A stretch of DNA of 64,000 nucleotides. Source: Gammaproteobacteria bacterium (lineage in GTDB: Bacteria > Pseudomonadota > Gammaproteobacteria > CAJXQU01). The DNA lies in NCBI GenBank assembly GCA_965238175.1, contig CBDEGZ010000003.1:3168001-3232000 (forward strand), read 5' to 3'. Under the pieces are notes generated by a model. That model ran no database searches, was not told the origin of the DNA, and saw nothing but the letters and a program-made list of their open reading frames with translations. The position numbers and the translations under genes were made by a program. Positions 40,456 to 52,476 of the stretch are shown here, piece after piece; position 1 is the first letter of the stretch, and the number at the start of each line of letters is the position of its first letter.

Positions 40456-43196
40456 CTCACTTTTCCGTGACACTGCTTGAATTTCTTGCCGGAACCGCAA
40501 GGGCAAGGCTCATTACGACCAACCTTTCGATCTGGCCTTGTAAAGGGTGTCTGTCTAACTTGTTGATTCTGGCTTTTCGGATCTGTCGCCAATGTTTCTT
40601 CATCGACTAATTGATTCTCAGCTTCCTGATGTTGATACTGAACTACAGCTGCTTCAGCTTCTTGTTGACGTTGCTGCTCCATTGCCTCGACATCTTCTTC
40701 AGCACGCACCTGAACGTGTGACAACATTTTGATCACTTCTCGCTTGATGTTGTCGAGCAACTCTGTAAACATATCAAAAGATTCACGTTTGTACTCTTGC
40801 TTCGGGTTTTTCTGCGCCATCGCACGTAAGTTGATACTCTGTCGTAGATAATCCATTGCTGACAGATGCTCTTTCCAATGATTATCCAGTACTTGTAGCA
40901 TCAATGCTTTTTCAAAATGTCGCAGTGTCTCTGGCCCAGCATCAGCCTCTTTCTGTTGATATGCATTGCTATGTTCTTGCAGAATTTTTTCTCGCAGGGT
41001 TTCTTCATGTAGAGATTCATCTTTATCCAAAAGTTGTTGTATCGGGAGCTGTAGAGCCAACTCATCTTCAACCGCTTTTGTGAGTCCCTCAATATCCCAG
41101 GTTTCATCGATACTTTGCGGTGTGATATGTTCATCAATAATTTCATTAATGACATCGTGACGTATACCCTCAATATTCTCAGAAATATCATCAACATCCA
41201 TCAGCTCATTTCGTTGTTCATAAATGACCTTACGTTGATCGTTTGCCACGTCATCATAATCCAGTAATTGCTTACGGGTATCAAAGTTACGGCCTTCCAC
41301 CTTACGTTGTGCATTTTCGATTGCACGAGAAACCCACGGATGTTCGATCGCCTCTCCTTCCTCCATACCCATTTTTTGCATTAGACCTGAAACACGTTCC
41401 GAAGCAAAAATACGCATAAGATTATCTTCCAACGATAGGAAGAAACGACTCGAACCTGGATCCCCCTGTCGACCAGATCGACCACGTAATTGATTATCTA
41501 TGCGTCGAGACTCATGTCGCTCTGTTCCAATGATATGCACACCACCCGAATCAAGAACTGCCTGATGTCGCAACTTCCATTCTTCATTAATTTGATCAGC
41601 TTGACCTTCTGACTCACGTTCTTCCAATTCTGAATCAAGGTTTCCACCCAAGACTATATCGGTACCACGACCAGCCATATTAGTTGCAATTGTGATACTG
41701 CCAGGGCGCCCTGCTTGAGCGACAATTTGTGCTTCTTTTTCATGGAATTTAGCGTTTAAAACACTATGTTCAATTTCTGCTTTGTTAAGCAAATCTGATA
41801 AATATTCTGAGGTCTCAATGGAAGCTGTACCAACTAAAACGGGTTGTTTTCGCTCAGTGCAATCTTTGATGTCATCTATGATTGCATCAAATTTTTCTTT
41901 TTGTGTGAGGTAAACCAGATCACCTTTGTCGTCCCGTAACATCGGTTTATTGGTAGGAATGACAATAACTTCCAATCCATAAATTTGTTGAAATTCAAAA
42001 GCTTCTGTATCAGCAGTCCCTGTCATACCTGAGAGCTTGTTATACAAACGGAAGTAATTCTGAAATGTGATCGAGGCTAATGTCTGGTTTTCATTTTGAA
42101 TAGAAACACCTTCTTTCGCTTCTACCGCCTGGTGCAAGCCTTCAGACCATCGACGTCCTGGCATTGTTCGACCAGTAAACTCATCGACAATCACAATTTG
42201 ATCATTTTGCACGATATATTCGACATCTTTTTGGAATAAAGTATGTGCCCTTAATCCCGCATTAATGTGGTGCATGAGTCCAATATTTGCAGCCTCATAG
42301 AGACTTTGATCTTCCGCAAGCAAACCCGCTTCTACCAACAAACCCTCTACCGTTTCATGTCCTTGCTCGGTCAAATAAACCTGCTTCGCTTTTTCATCCA
42401 GCGAGAAATCGCCAGGCCCATCCTCTTCTTCTTGTTTGGTTAGTTGTGGAATTAATTTATCGATACTTTGATAGACATCGGTCTTATCGTTGGTTGGTCC
42501 AGAAATGATTAATGGCGTTCGAGCTTCGTCGATCAATATAGAATCGACCTCATCGATCACCGCAAAATTAAGTCCTCGTTGCACCCGATCTTCCGCGGAA
42601 AAAGCCATGTTATCGCGAAGATAATCAAAACCAAATTCATTATTAGTCCCATAGGTTATATCTGCAGCATAAGCCGCTTTACGCTCTTCTTTGTCAATAT
42701 TCGCGACAATAACACCGGTACTTAACCCTAGAAACTCATATAGTTTTGACATCCACTCGGCATCACGCCGGGCTAGATAATCATTGACGGTGATGACATG
42801 GACACCTTCTCCTGACAATGCGTTTAGATAAGTGGCTAACGTTGCAACCAGTGTTTTGCCCTCACCAGTGCGCATTTCAGCGATCTTCCCATCATTCAAC
42901 ACCATCCCACCAATCATCTGACAGTCAAAATGGCGCATACCCAAAGCACGTTTACCGGCTTCACGAACAACGGAGAAAGCTTCTGGCATCAATGATTCAA
43001 GCGATTCTCCTTGTTCGAGACGAGTACGAAATTCCTGAGTCTTGCTTTTTAAATCTGTGTCACTTAAGGCTGAAATATCATCTTCAAAAACATTGATCTT
43101 TGTGACAACACGATTCAACTTTTTTAGAACTCGGTTATTACGACTACCGAAAATGCGACCCATTAGGCCACCGAATGAAGGACGGTTATTTGACAT
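40452..43196 (-). CDS. secA: Preprotein translocase SecA
   Basis: [24 protein letters not shown]-terminal [19 protein letters not shown]. Confidence 0.99.
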   Translation of the reverse strand: MSNNRPSFGGLMGRIFGSRNNRVLKKLNRVVTKINVFEDDISALSDTDLKSKTQEFRTRLEQGESLESLMPEAFSVVREAGKRALGMRHFDCQMIGGMVLNDGKIAEMRTGEGKTLVATLATYLNALSGEGVHVITVNDYLARRDAEWMSKLYEFLGLSTGVIVANIDKEERKAAYAADITYGTNNEFGFDYLRDNMAFSAEDRVQRGLNFAVIDEVDSILIDEARTPLIISGPTNDKTDVYQSIDKLIPQLTKQEEEDGPGDFSLDEKAKQVYLTEQGHETVEGLLVEAGLLAEDQSLYEAANIGLMHHINAGLRAHTLFQKDVEYIVQNDQIVIVDEFTGRTMPGRRWSEGLHQAVEAKEGVSIQNENQTLASITFQNYFRLYNKLSGMTGTADTEAFEFQQIYGLEVIVIPTNKPMLRDDKGDLVYLTQKEKFDAIIDDIKDCTERKQPVLVGTASIETSEYLSDLLNKAEIEHSVLNAKFHEKEAQIVAQAGRPGSITIATNMAGRGTDIVLGGNLDSELEERESEGQADQINEEWKLRHQAVLDSGGVHIIGTERHESRRIDNQLRGRSGRQGDPGSSRFFLSLEDNLMRIFASERVSGLMQKMGMEEGEAIEHPWVSRAIENAQRKVEGRNFDTRKQLLDYDDVANDQRKVIYEQRNELMDVDDISENIEGIRHDVINEIIDEHITPQSIDETWDIEGLTKAVEDELALQLPIQQLLDKDESLHEETLREKILQEHSNAYQQKEADAGPETLRHFEKALMLQVLDNHWKEHLSAMDYLRQSINLRAMAQKNPKQEYKRESFDMFTELLDNIKREVIKMLSHVQVRAEEDVEAMEQQRQQEAEAAVVQYQHQEAENQLVDEETLATDPKSQNQQVRQTPFTRPDRKVGRNEPCPCGSGKKFKQCHGKVS

Positions 43197-43308
43197 CTGC
43201 TTTTGGTTTAAATCCTAATGGTAGGGGTTTAAAAAAATTTAATATTTATAGATTACTATATATACACAGCCTGGCCAATTTTCAACCCCATTTAGATCAA
43301 TCGTTGGA

Positions 43309-44256
43309 TTATCCCTGCGGTTTTAGATAGGGTCTTGGATTAACTAGCTTCCCATTATGTTCAACTTCAAAGTGTACATGAGTTCCTGTTGAACGTCCTG
43401 TAGAGCCCATTAATGCAATCGTACGACCTTTTTTCACTTTATCTCCAATTGAGACTATATTCTCTTTATTGTGTGCATATCGGGTTATATAACCATGACC
43501 GTGATCAATTTCGACGACATTTCCAAAACCTGTTTGATTACCAGACCACGTCACCACTCCATCAGCAACTGCATAAATATGCGTACCTTCCTGTCCTGCA
43601 AAATCAAGGCCAAGATGTAAGTCGTGTTTCCCAGAAAGTGGATCGGTACGTTCTCCAAATCCAGATGATATCCACCCATCTGTAACAGGTTTACCGGAAG
43701 GTACTGAGGCATTACCGAGTTGATCAAAAAGCATAAATGATTCAAGCATGCTGAGTTTATATTTATGGACATCAACTTTGTCTGACAAGTCTTCTAATGA
43801 TTGAATAAAATCTGGGACACTAAATTCTTGCTGATTAACCGGATCTAAAATACCACCAATTGCAGGCGCTTGTTCATAGTTAAATTCCTCAGTTGTAACA
43901 CCGGCAAGTGAGGTCAAACGTATGCTTGCAGCTTCTAGTCTAGTAACTTTTGCCTGAATACCGCCTAACCTCATCGCTAGTGCATTTAAATTTTCTTGTG
44001 CCTCATATACCGCAGTATTGATCTGTAATTTTTGCACATCCACTTCTTCATTAAGGGTAAGAGATTGACTAATAAAAAGCTGCTCTTGGGCTAAGGTTTT
44101 TAGTTCAAGTTCTTGTTCTATACCCTGTATCCCAAGATAATAACCAACGTAACCAGCCGTTCCAATTAGACACCCAATGGCCAATGAAAGTATTGCCCAA
44201 CCAGCTTTTAGTTGTGATAGTCGCCCGTTTGTACTATCTGTGATCAAAATCTGCAT
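43309..44256 (-). CDS. M23-family metallopeptidase
   Basis: HLGLDF, YAHN, STGRSTGTHVHFEV; N-terminal TM and coiled coil. Confidence 0.92.
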   Translation of the reverse strand: MQILITDSTNGRLSQLKAGWAILSLAIGCLIGTAGYVGYYLGIQGIEQELELKTLAQEQLFISQSLTLNEEVDVQKLQINTAVYEAQENLNALAMRLGGIQAKVTRLEAASIRLTSLAGVTTEEFNYEQAPAIGGILDPVNQQEFSVPDFIQSLEDLSDKVDVHKYKLSMLESFMLFDQLGNASVPSGKPVTDGWISSGFGERTDPLSGKHDLHLGLDFAGQEGTHIYAVADGVVTWSGNQTGFGNVVEIDHGHGYITRYAHNKENIVSIGDKVKKGRTIALMGSTGRSTGTHVHFEVEHNGKLVNPRPYLKPQG

Positions 44257-44292
44257 TATTTTTTCCAGCTATGTCAAAATAGTTGCACCGTT

Positions 44293-44745
44293 ATGTACAA
44301 GACCCATAATAAAAAACTCACATCAATCATTCAGCATCAAAGCCTGAAGCCCTTAATTGATAAAGCAAAAAAAATCGAAACCGCTAACTACCATTTAAAA
44401 CGTTTCCTGCCTTCCCCTCTGTCTGAACATGTTATTGTTAGCAACATTAAAGACAATATATTGATTTTGCAGGCAAATTCACCTGCTTGGTCAACACGCA
44501 CTAATTTCATCGCAACAGAGATCGTTAATTATATGCGAAATATAATGGATTTGGCGATGATTGAAAAACTAAAAGTAAAAGTTGTACCTGCAAGATCAAA
44601 AACCGAACTTCCAAAGAGAAGCATTCAACCGTTGTCTAAGGACACATCAAAATTGCTTAATTTGGTTGCTGCAGGAATAAAAAACAACGATCTTTCTGAA
44701 GCATTAAAGAAATTGTCGCAGCATCAAAATACTACAGACGACTGA
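44293..44745 (+). CDS. dciA: DciA / DUF721 family protein
   Basis: LPSPLSEH...LILQANSPAWSTR; conserved position between lpxC and M23/secA. Confidence 0.8.
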   Translation: MYKTHNKKLTSIIQHQSLKPLIDKAKKIETANYHLKRFLPSPLSEHVIVSNIKDNILILQANSPAWSTRTNFIATEIVNYMRNIMDLAMIEKLKVKVVPARSKTELPKRSIQPLSKDTSKLLNLVAAGIKNNDLSEALKKLSQHQNTTDD

Positions 44746-44752
44746 TTATTAA

Positions 44753-45664
44753 TTAACCAGCAGGAACGGATTGTAAAAACGAGATTGGGCTCTCCTCTTT
44801 TTCCGTAAATGAAACCAGTTCCCATGCATCTTCATTTGCTAACAAAGCCCTTAGCAATTTGTTATTAAGTGCATGGCCAGACTTATTTCCTTCAAATGTG
44901 CCGATTAAGCTATGACCTAACAAGTACAGATCACCAATTGCATCAAGTATCTTATGTTTAACGAACTCATCATCATAACGTAGACCGTCTTCATTTAAGA
45001 CTCGGTAATCATCGACGACCACGGCATTATTCAAACTACCACCTAAGACCAGGTTTTTTTCACGCAATGCTTCTGTGTCTTTTAAGAAACCAAATGTTCT
45101 AGCTCGGCTAACTTCTTTAACAAACGAAGTCGATGAGAAATCGATAGAAGCAAACTTACTGCTTTCTTCAAAAAAAGGATGATCAAACTCTATAGCAAAG
45201 GAAACTTTGAAACCTTCAAAGGGGGTGAATTTAGCCCACTTATTATCACTTTCGACCATGATTGGTTTTTTGATCCGAATAAACTCTTTCGCCGCATTTT
45301 GTTCTTGGATACCTGCAGACTGGATCAAAAATACAAAAGGTCCTGCACTACCATCCATAATCGGAACTTCGGGTGCACTCACATCAACATATGCGTTATC
45401 GATACCTAATCCAGCAAATGCTGATAATAAATGTTCGACCGTTGAAATAGTGACTTCACCTTTTGCAAGGCTGGTAGACATCAGTGTATCACCGACATTT
45501 TCGGCATGAGCAGAAATTTCAACGACCGGATCTAAATCGACTCTACGAAAAATGATTCCTGTATTAGCTTCTGCTGGACGTAGTTTTAGATAGACTTTCT
45601 TACCGGTGTGGAGCCCTACTCCTGTAGCACGTATAGCATTTTTTAGAGTACATTGACGGATCAT
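44753..45664 (-). CDS. lpxC: UDP-3-O-acyl-GlcNAc deacetylase
   Basis: [25 protein letters not shown]. Confidence 0.98.
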   Translation of the reverse strand: MIRQCTLKNAIRATGVGLHTGKKVYLKLRPAEANTGIIFRRVDLDPVVEISAHAENVGDTLMSTSLAKGEVTISTVEHLLSAFAGLGIDNAYVDVSAPEVPIMDGSAGPFVFLIQSAGIQEQNAAKEFIRIKKPIMVESDNKWAKFTPFEGFKVSFAIEFDHPFFEESSKFASIDFSSTSFVKEVSRARTFGFLKDTEALREKNLVLGGSLNNAVVVDDYRVLNEDGLRYDDEFVKHKILDAIGDLYLLGHSLIGTFEGNKSGHALNNKLLRALLANEDAWELVSFTEKEESPISFLQSVPAG

Positions 45665-45767
45665 AGAAACACCTGAAACAATTCCTTAATAACTGCCATT
45701 TTATTGACTATTTTTCACATTCTATTTTGGGAATGATACCACAGACGCCAAGTTCGACAAGTGAACC

Positions 45768-45797
45768 CATTTTAAACTCATCCTTGAGTTTAAAATG
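45768..45797. terminator. Perfect 13-bp hairpin between ftsZ and lpxC
   Basis: CATTTTAAACTCA-tcct-TGAGTTTAAAATG. Confidence 0.5.
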
Positions 45798-45827
45798 AAA
45801 TGCGATTGTTCAAACTTTAATTTGCTA

Positions 45828-46973
45828 TCAGTCAGCTTGTCTTCTCAGAAATGCAGGAATATCCAGATAATCTGAATCTCGAGTTGAATCAACTTCTTGC
45901 TCAGCATTTACTCCATTACGGATGATAGTAGGCCGATCAAGTTTACCCCAATCAACAACTTCTGTTGATCGAGGACTAGTATCAACTATAGACAACGGCT
46001 CTGATTTTCCTGATTCAACAACACCAAGACCTGTCGCAACCATCGTTACCCGAACCTCATCAGTCATATCCGCCTCAATGACGGTTCCAACAACAACAGT
46101 GGCGCTGTCTGCAGCAAACTGTTTGATAGTGTTACCCACTTCCTCAAACTCACCCATACTCAAATCCATTCCAGAAGTAATATTCACCAGAATTCCTCTT
46201 GCACCTGCTAAATTTACATCTTCCAACAATGGACTGGCAACAGCTGCTTCTGCCGCAATCCTTGCTCGGTTTTCACCTTTCCCTGTTCCAGTGCCCATCA
46301 TTGCCATTCCCATTTCTGACATAACGGTGCGCACATCTGCGAAATCTACATTTATGAGTCCTGGGCGAATAATAAGTTCCGAAATACCTTGAACTGCACC
46401 TAGCAAAACATCATTAGCTGCCTTAAATGCATTCAACAAACTGATATCTCGACCGAGTACACTCAATAATTTTTCATTAGGTATTGTGATCAAAGAGTCT
46501 ACATATTGACGAAGATCACTGATCCCATCGTTGGCTATTTCCGATCGTTTTTTGCCTTCAAATGGAAATGGTCGAGTCACAACAGCAACCGTTAAAATCC
46601 CCATTTCTTTGGCCACTTGTGCCACCACTGGTGCTGCACCAGTTCCAGTGCCACCCCCCATACCTGCGGTAATAAAGACCATGTCAGCTCCATCTAACAC
46701 ATCCATAATCCGATCTCGATCTTCAAGCGCAGCTTGTCGACCAATCTCAGGATTGGCGCCAGCACCAAGACCTTTTGTTACTTCTGTTCCCATTTGCAGA
46801 GTCGTTTTAGCCGTAGAATGACCTAATGCCTGTGCATCAGTATTTGCACACAGGAAATCTACTCCCTCCAAATTTGCACTAACCATGTGTTCAACAGCAT
46901 TACCGCCACCGCCACCAACACCAATCACTTTAATTACAGCACTTTGACTGAATGAATCCATTAATTCGAACAT
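45828..46973 (-). CDS. ftsZ: Cell division protein FtsZ
   Basis: GGGTGTG, C-terminal DIPAFLRRQAD; GGAGGA SD before MFELMD. Confidence 0.99.
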   Translation of the reverse strand: MFELMDSFSQSAVIKVIGVGGGGGNAVEHMVSANLEGVDFLCANTDAQALGHSTAKTTLQMGTEVTKGLGAGANPEIGRQAALEDRDRIMDVLDGADMVFITAGMGGGTGTGAAPVVAQVAKEMGILTVAVVTRPFPFEGKKRSEIANDGISDLRQYVDSLITIPNEKLLSVLGRDISLLNAFKAANDVLLGAVQGISELIIRPGLINVDFADVRTVMSEMGMAMMGTGTGKGENRARIAAEAAVASPLLEDVNLAGARGILVNITSGMDLSMGEFEEVGNTIKQFAADSATVVVGTVIEADMTDEVRVTMVATGLGVVESGKSEPLSIVDTSPRSTEVVDWGKLDRPTIIRNGVNAEQEVDSTRDSDYLDIPAFLRRQAD

Positions 46974-47045
46974 CGCTTTTATCCTCCGTTTTACCCTTGG
47001 TTTATCTATATACAATTTATATATTTATATTTCATACAACTGATC

Positions 47046-48269
47046 TCAAAAGTTACCTTGAAACCAACTCTTCATTTTTTTCCACATACTTCCACTACCC
47101 GATTCTGAGGCCGTACTTCTCTTGGAATAAGTGCTCCCAAAAAGCAATAAACCCACACCTGTGGCAAAAATCGGATTACTCACTACATCTACAAGTCCTG
47201 TTACTCCCTTAGGAACACCTGACCTCACTGGCATATGAAAAACTTCTTCAGCCAAGTCAATCGCCCCTTCCATTTTTGAACTGCCGCCCGTCAATACCAC
47301 GCCTGCTGCCATCAGCTCTTCAAAGCCACTTTTTTTCAATTCAGAATGAATAAAGATAAAAAGTTCTTCATACCTTGGTTCAACCACTTCAGCTAAAGTC
47401 TGACGCGCCAATCTTCTTGAAACTCGTTCACCAACTCCTTGAACCTCAATGGTTTCATCGGGGTTAGCGAGTTGTGTTAATGCGCATGCATATTTAATTT
47501 TGATCTCTTCTGCATGCTGCGTCGGTGTACGTAGTGCTACTGCAATATCATTAGTCACCTGATCACCAGCAATTGGGATCACGGCTGTATGTTGAATGGC
47601 ACCATTTAAAAAAACAGCAATATCTGTTGTTCCACCACCGATATCAACTAAACACACACCCAGTTCTTTTTCATCTTCGGTTAAAACCGCATAACTGGAT
47701 GCCAATTGCTGCAAGATAATATCGTCAACGTCTAAACCACATCGTCGTATACATTTCTCAATATTTTGTGCCGCGCTAACCGCACCCGTGACCATATGAA
47801 CTTTCGCTTCAAGACGCACACCGGACATTCCGATCGGTTCACGAATATCCTCTTGTTTATCGATAATGAATTCCTGTGGTAATACGTGAACTATTTTTTG
47901 ATCCGATGGAATCGCAACAGCACGAGCAGCATCTAGCACACGATCAATATCACCTTGAACGACTTCACTATCTTTAATTGCAACAATACCGTGTGAATTC
48001 AGACTGCTAATATGGCTTCCCGCAATGCCGGTAAAAACAGATCTAATTTCGCAACCGGCCATTAATTCAGCCTCTTGAATTGCACGTTGAATCGATTGAA
48101 CCGTTGATTCAATATTGACCACCACCCCTTTTTTTAAACCTCTAGATGCATGCGAACCAATACCGATAACCTCGATTTCGCCAGCCTCATCAACCTCACC
48201 AACAATCGCCACGACCTTAGAAGTCCCAATATCCAAACCTACGATCAATTTCTTATCCACTTTTTTCAT
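47046..48269 (-). CDS. ftsA: Cell division protein FtsA
   Basis: VGLDIGTSK, VDIGGGTTD, C-terminal amphipathic WFQGNF. Confidence 0.98.
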   Translation of the reverse strand: MKKVDKKLIVGLDIGTSKVVAIVGEVDEAGEIEVIGIGSHASRGLKKGVVVNIESTVQSIQRAIQEAELMAGCEIRSVFTGIAGSHISSLNSHGIVAIKDSEVVQGDIDRVLDAARAVAIPSDQKIVHVLPQEFIIDKQEDIREPIGMSGVRLEAKVHMVTGAVSAAQNIEKCIRRCGLDVDDIILQQLASSYAVLTEDEKELGVCLVDIGGGTTDIAVFLNGAIQHTAVIPIAGDQVTNDIAVALRTPTQHAEEIKIKYACALTQLANPDETIEVQGVGERVSRRLARQTLAEVVEPRYEELFIFIHSELKKSGFEELMAAGVVLTGGSSKMEGAIDLAEEVFHMPVRSGVPKGVTGLVDVVSNPIFATGVGLLLFGSTYSKRSTASESGSGSMWKKMKSWFQGNF

Positions 48270-48274
48270 CACCT

Positions 48275-49144
48275 TCAAGTCCCTCTCGAGTCCTTCTTAC
48301 TCACTGTGCCGGTCAATTTTTCTGTACTCTCCTCAACATCGTTTTCATCATGTACTCGCACGGTAAAACCATTGGTATATCTAAGATCAATTTGGGCGAT
48401 GTTTTCTATGTCTTTTCCAAACGACTTTTCAACACTCTTTACATATTTCCATAAGCGTTTATCTACTTCTTTTCGGCCAACAATCACCATAGGACCCTGT
48501 TTAATTTCGAAGCTCCAACCACGCCTTTCATTCAACTCTAACCAGGCAACATTTCTGTTTTTAGGACTAAGTAATCCCATCAATACCTTGTATTTCTCAA
48601 ACACCAATTGTTCTGTTCCTGCTGGTCCATTTAACCTAATTAAACCCTCTGGTTTACTGATATCTTCTGGTTCAAATAATTCACCTTTATGATTCAAGAA
48701 CCCAGTTGTTCTCCATCGAACAACTGCCGTTTGTTCTTTGATTTTCACGTATAAAGTCTCAGGCCATAATTTTCTAACGGTCACTTCTCTTACCCAAGGA
48801 GCACTTAAAACTGCACTTCTTATCTGATCTATATCTAAGGAAAAAAAACCTCCTTTCACATTCTCTGCTACTACGCGCTGTAAATTTTCTGTTGCTAAAT
48901 AGCGAAAATCTCCTTCAACTTTTACCGCTTTTATCGGTAACGTTCTTGGATCAGCCATTTTCCCAGCCACCCATGTGACTAATACAAAACAAGTGAAAAT
49001 TGCAAAGAAACCTAAAAAGGTCAAACCACCGCGTACCACTTGTCGATTGGTCTTTTCAGGATCACTTGTGATCACCCGGCGATTTTGTTTTTTCCGACCT
49101 TTAACCAATCTATTCTTCTTTGGTTTTGTGTATATGCGACTCAT
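48275..49144 (-). CDS. ftsQ: Cell division protein FtsQ
   Basis: TM plus POTRA (PWVREVTVRKLWP), IDLRYTNGF. Confidence 0.93.
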   Translation of the reverse strand: MSRIYTKPKKNRLVKGRKKQNRRVITSDPEKTNRQVVRGGLTFLGFFAIFTCFVLVTWVAGKMADPRTLPIKAVKVEGDFRYLATENLQRVVAENVKGGFFSLDIDQIRSAVLSAPWVREVTVRKLWPETLYVKIKEQTAVVRWRTTGFLNHKGELFEPEDISKPEGLIRLNGPAGTEQLVFEKYKVLMGLLSPKNRNVAWLELNERRGWSFEIKQGPMVIVGRKEVDKRLWKYVKSVEKSFGKDIENIAQIDLRYTNGFTVRVHDENDVEESTEKLTGTVSKKDSRGT

Positions 49145-50088
49145 AAAAAACTCGTCTCTAGAATTTTGATGACTAATTGATCAAATTCGATACCTTGTTG
49201 CTTTGCAGCCATCGGCACTAAAGAATGACTTGTCATTCCAGGAACAGTATTCACCTCAATAAAAAATGGCTCACCCAATTCATTTAGCATCAAATCAACG
49301 CGTCCCCAACCCAAACAAGCTACGGCTCCAAAAGCATGTAATGCAATGTTTTGAATTTCTGCTTCAGTCTCTACGCTTAATCCACAAGGACAAATATATT
49401 GAGTTGTGTCTTCTTCATACTTAGCTTGAAAATCATAGAACTCGCGTGGCGTTTCTAATTTGATCACAGGTAAAGCAACACCCTGTAAAATTCCAACCGT
49501 ATATTCACCACCTGTAATCCACTGCTCAATCAAAACACTGTCATCAAACTTTGATGCTTGTTCCCAGGCAGGTAATAATTGATCAAGTTTTTCAACCTTA
49601 CTTGCACCAAAACTCGAACCTTCTCTTGCAGGTTTAACCATCAACGGCAGACCTAATTTTTTGATCACATCTTTTGCATCTGGTTGTTGAACTGGTACAA
49701 GAAATTCAGGCGTTGGTATTCCTAAACCTGCCCACACTCGTTTTGTCCTTTCCTTATCCATTGCCAATGCAGAGCCTAAAATACCGCTGCCGGTATACGG
49801 CAACTCAAGCGTTTCTAGTACCGCTTGAATCACACCATCTTCACCACCACGACCATGTAGGACGTTAAAGATCCGATCAAATTTTTTCTGTTCAAACTCC
49901 CGTGGTATTCCACCTTTCCAATCAATACCTTCGGCATCAACACCCGCTCTTAATAATGCGGCCAGAACTGCTTGACCACTTTCCAGTGAGATTCCACGCT
50001 CAGCAGCAGTTCCTCCCATTAGCACAGCTACTTTTCCAAATGAGTTAATTGTCTCTAGCACTTTAGACATCACCCAGACCATCACCAA
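49141..50088 (-). CDS. ddlB: D-alanine-D-alanine ligase
   Basis: VAVLMGG, LHGRGGEDG, EGSS, EVNTVPGMT. Confidence 0.96.
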   Translation of the reverse strand: MVMVWVMSKVLETINSFGKVAVLMGGTAAERGISLESGQAVLAALLRAGVDAEGIDWKGGIPREFEQKKFDRIFNVLHGRGGEDGVIQAVLETLELPYTGSGILGSALAMDKERTKRVWAGLGIPTPEFLVPVQQPDAKDVIKKLGLPLMVKPAREGSSFGASKVEKLDQLLPAWEQASKFDDSVLIEQWITGGEYTVGILQGVALPVIKLETPREFYDFQAKYEEDTTQYICPCGLSVETEAEIQNIALHAFGAVACLGWGRVDLMLNELGEPFFIEVNTVPGMTSHSLVPMAAKQQGIEFDQLVIKILETSFL

Positions 50089-51001
50089 TAATCCTTACTT
50101 CTGACTCTAATGTGACACCTTGTTTTTTCTTTACTTCTCCGGCGACCAACAGAATCAAATTTTCAATATCTGCAGCGCTTGAATTACCTAAATTAATAAT
50201 AAAGTTTGCATGCTTTTTTGAAACTTGTGCGCCTCCAAGTTGATAACCTTTTAAACCACATGCTTCGATCAATCTCGCCGCATAATCACCTTGTGGATTA
50301 CGGAAAACAGAACCACAACTTGATACTCCAGTCGGTTGAGTTTCTGATCTTTTTATCAACAACTTTTTAATTCTATTTGCGCCTTCTTCAATCTCGTTAT
50401 ATTTGTTGTTATTAGCATTCAAACTAAAGTGTGCAGCAACAAACCATTCATCGAGCAATCCATCCATCGGGCCAATCACCGATCGATAACCAATCAAATA
50501 TTGATCAGTACCTCTAACATGAAATTGTCCCTCTCGATCTAATGTTTCAACTTGTTGCACATTTGGCCATGTTTCACCTCCAAAGGCACCCGCATTCATC
50601 GCAAGCGCTCCGCCGATTGTTCCAGGGATCCCTGCTAAAAATTCAAGCCCTGAAAAACCCTTTTTTACACATCGTTTTGCAACAATCGCACATGGCAAAC
50701 CGGCTTCAACTCGAAGTGTGTTGTCATCCAAATACTCAAATCCATTAAGCAAACCTGTAGGGCAAATCACGCTCCCACGAATACCTTTATCTCTAACCAA
50801 CAAATTGCTACCTAAACCCACTAATGTGACCTGTTCTTTGTCTGGAAGCTGACGTAAATAATTCGCCATGTCTTCAATATCAGCAGGTTTATAATAATGA
50901 TCAGCCACACCACCCACACGCCAGGTAGTGTGCCTTGACATCGGCTCATCGAGCTTTAACGTTCCTCTTAATTCGGACGTCATATCCATCGCTGCCATCA
51001 C
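50063..51001 (-). CDS. murB: UDP-N-acetylenolpyruvoylglucosamine reductase
   Basis: GLGSNLLV, GIPGTIGGALAMNAGA, GSVFRNP, KHANF. Confidence 0.96.
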   Translation of the reverse strand: MMAAMDMTSELRGTLKLDEPMSRHTTWRVGGVADHYYKPADIEDMANYLRQLPDKEQVTLVGLGSNLLVRDKGIRGSVICPTGLLNGFEYLDDNTLRVEAGLPCAIVAKRCVKKGFSGLEFLAGIPGTIGGALAMNAGAFGGETWPNVQQVETLDREGQFHVRGTDQYLIGYRSVIGPMDGLLDEWFVAAHFSLNANNNKYNEIEEGANRIKKLLIKRSETQPTGVSSCGSVFRNPQGDYAARLIEACGLKGYQLGGAQVSKKHANFIINLGNSSAADIENLILLVAGEVKKKQGVTLESEVRIIGDGLGDV

Positions 51002-52476
51002 GCGGCTTCGCCCCCGTAACTTTCGATCAATTGTTCTGCCACGCGACCTATACTCCCTGCGCCCATCACCAACACGATGTCATCGTCTTCAATAAACCCA
51101 GGAATCACAGAAACAATCTCATCAGGTTGATCAACAAAGATTGGATCTACTTGTCCGCGTAATCTGATCGCACGGCTAAGTGCTTTACTGTCAGCATCCT
51201 TGATCAATTTTTCACCGGCAGAATAAATATCCAGCAAGATCAATACATCTACCTTTGAAAGAATTTGAACAAAATCTTCAAACAAATCACGTGTACGTGT
51301 ATATCGATGCGGTTGGAAAACCATCACTAAACGCCGTTCTGCCCAACCTTCACGGATTGCAGAAATGGTCGCGGCAATTTCACTTGGGTGATGACCATAA
51401 TCGTCAATTACCAATGCTTCATCATGATCAATCTGTATCGATCCGTGGATTTGGAACCGCCGTCCGATACCTTGAAAATTTTCTAAACCTCTGCAAATTG
51501 CTACTTCAGAAACACCCATTTCATATGCAACAGAAATTGCTGCCAATGAATTCAGTACGTTGTGAAGACCAGGCATATTTAATTTAACTGGAAACGTTTT
51601 ATCATTCTTTGGAAGCTTCACATCAAAACCACTGCTACCTTCAAAAAACTTAACATTACTCGCTCTTACATCCGCCTTTTCATCCGTTCCATATGTGAGA
51701 ACAGGTTTGGTTAAATCTGACAATAAATCTCGCGCCATAGGATCGTCATAACATATGACGGCCAAACCATAAAAAGGTAATCGAGCCATGAACTCTAAAA
51801 ATGCTTCACGTAGTTTTTCTACCTCACCACCGTAGGTTTCCATATGATCAAGATCGATGTTTGTTAACACCGCAATAACCGGCTGCAAATGTAAAAATGA
51901 CGCATCACTTTCATCTGCTTCCGCAACTAAATAACGACTATCACCAAGACGAGCATGAGTACCAGAACTATTCAAACGACCGCCGATTACGTACGTTGGA
52001 TCAAGATCACCCTCTGCGAGCAAACTAGCGACAAGACTTGTTGTGGTGGTCTTTCCATGCGTACCAGCAACAGCAATTCCATAGCGGAAGCGCATTAGTT
52101 CAGCCAACATTTCTGCGCGTGGGATCACTGGGATCCGATGCTCCCTTGCGTAAACAATTTCAGGGTTCAGGACATCAATTGCACTCGATATAACCACTGC
52201 ATCGCTTTGTCCAACATGAGTTTCATCATGACCAATAAATATATTAATCCCTAACTCTGCAAGTCGTTTCGTTACACGATTTTCTGTAATATCAGAACCT
52301 GAAATTTCGTATCCTAAGTTATGTAATACCTCAGCAATACCACTCATACCGACGCCACCAATGCCGACGAAATGAATATAATGCGCTCGCCCCATCCCCA
52401 TGCTCATACCTATACTTAACTCCATGGCGTCGACGCTATTTTTATCCATAAGCGACCTCCAATAACGCATTTGCAA
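50998..52476 (-). CDS. murC: UDP-N-acetylmuramate-L-alanine ligase (true start probably slightly downstream)
   Basis: GIGGVGMSG, GTHGKTTT, EADESD, DDYGHHP. Confidence 0.97.
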   Translation of the reverse strand: MQMRYWRSLMDKNSVDAMELSIGMSMGMGRAHYIHFVGIGGVGMSGIAEVLHNLGYEISGSDITENRVTKRLAELGINIFIGHDETHVGQSDAVVISSAIDVLNPEIVYAREHRIPVIPRAEMLAELMRFRYGIAVAGTHGKTTTTSLVASLLAEGDLDPTYVIGGRLNSSGTHARLGDSRYLVAEADESDASFLHLQPVIAVLTNIDLDHMETYGGEVEKLREAFLEFMARLPFYGLAVICYDDPMARDLLSDLTKPVLTYGTDEKADVRASNVKFFEGSSGFDVKLPKNDKTFPVKLNMPGLHNVLNSLAAISVAYEMGVSEVAICRGLENFQGIGRRFQIHGSIQIDHDEALVIDDYGHHPSEIAATISAIREGWAERRLVMVFQPHRYTRTRDLFEDFVQILSKVDVLILLDIYSAGEKLIKDADSKALSRAIRLRGQVDPIFVDQPDEIVSVIPGFIEDDDIVLVMGAGSIGRVAEQLIESYGGEAA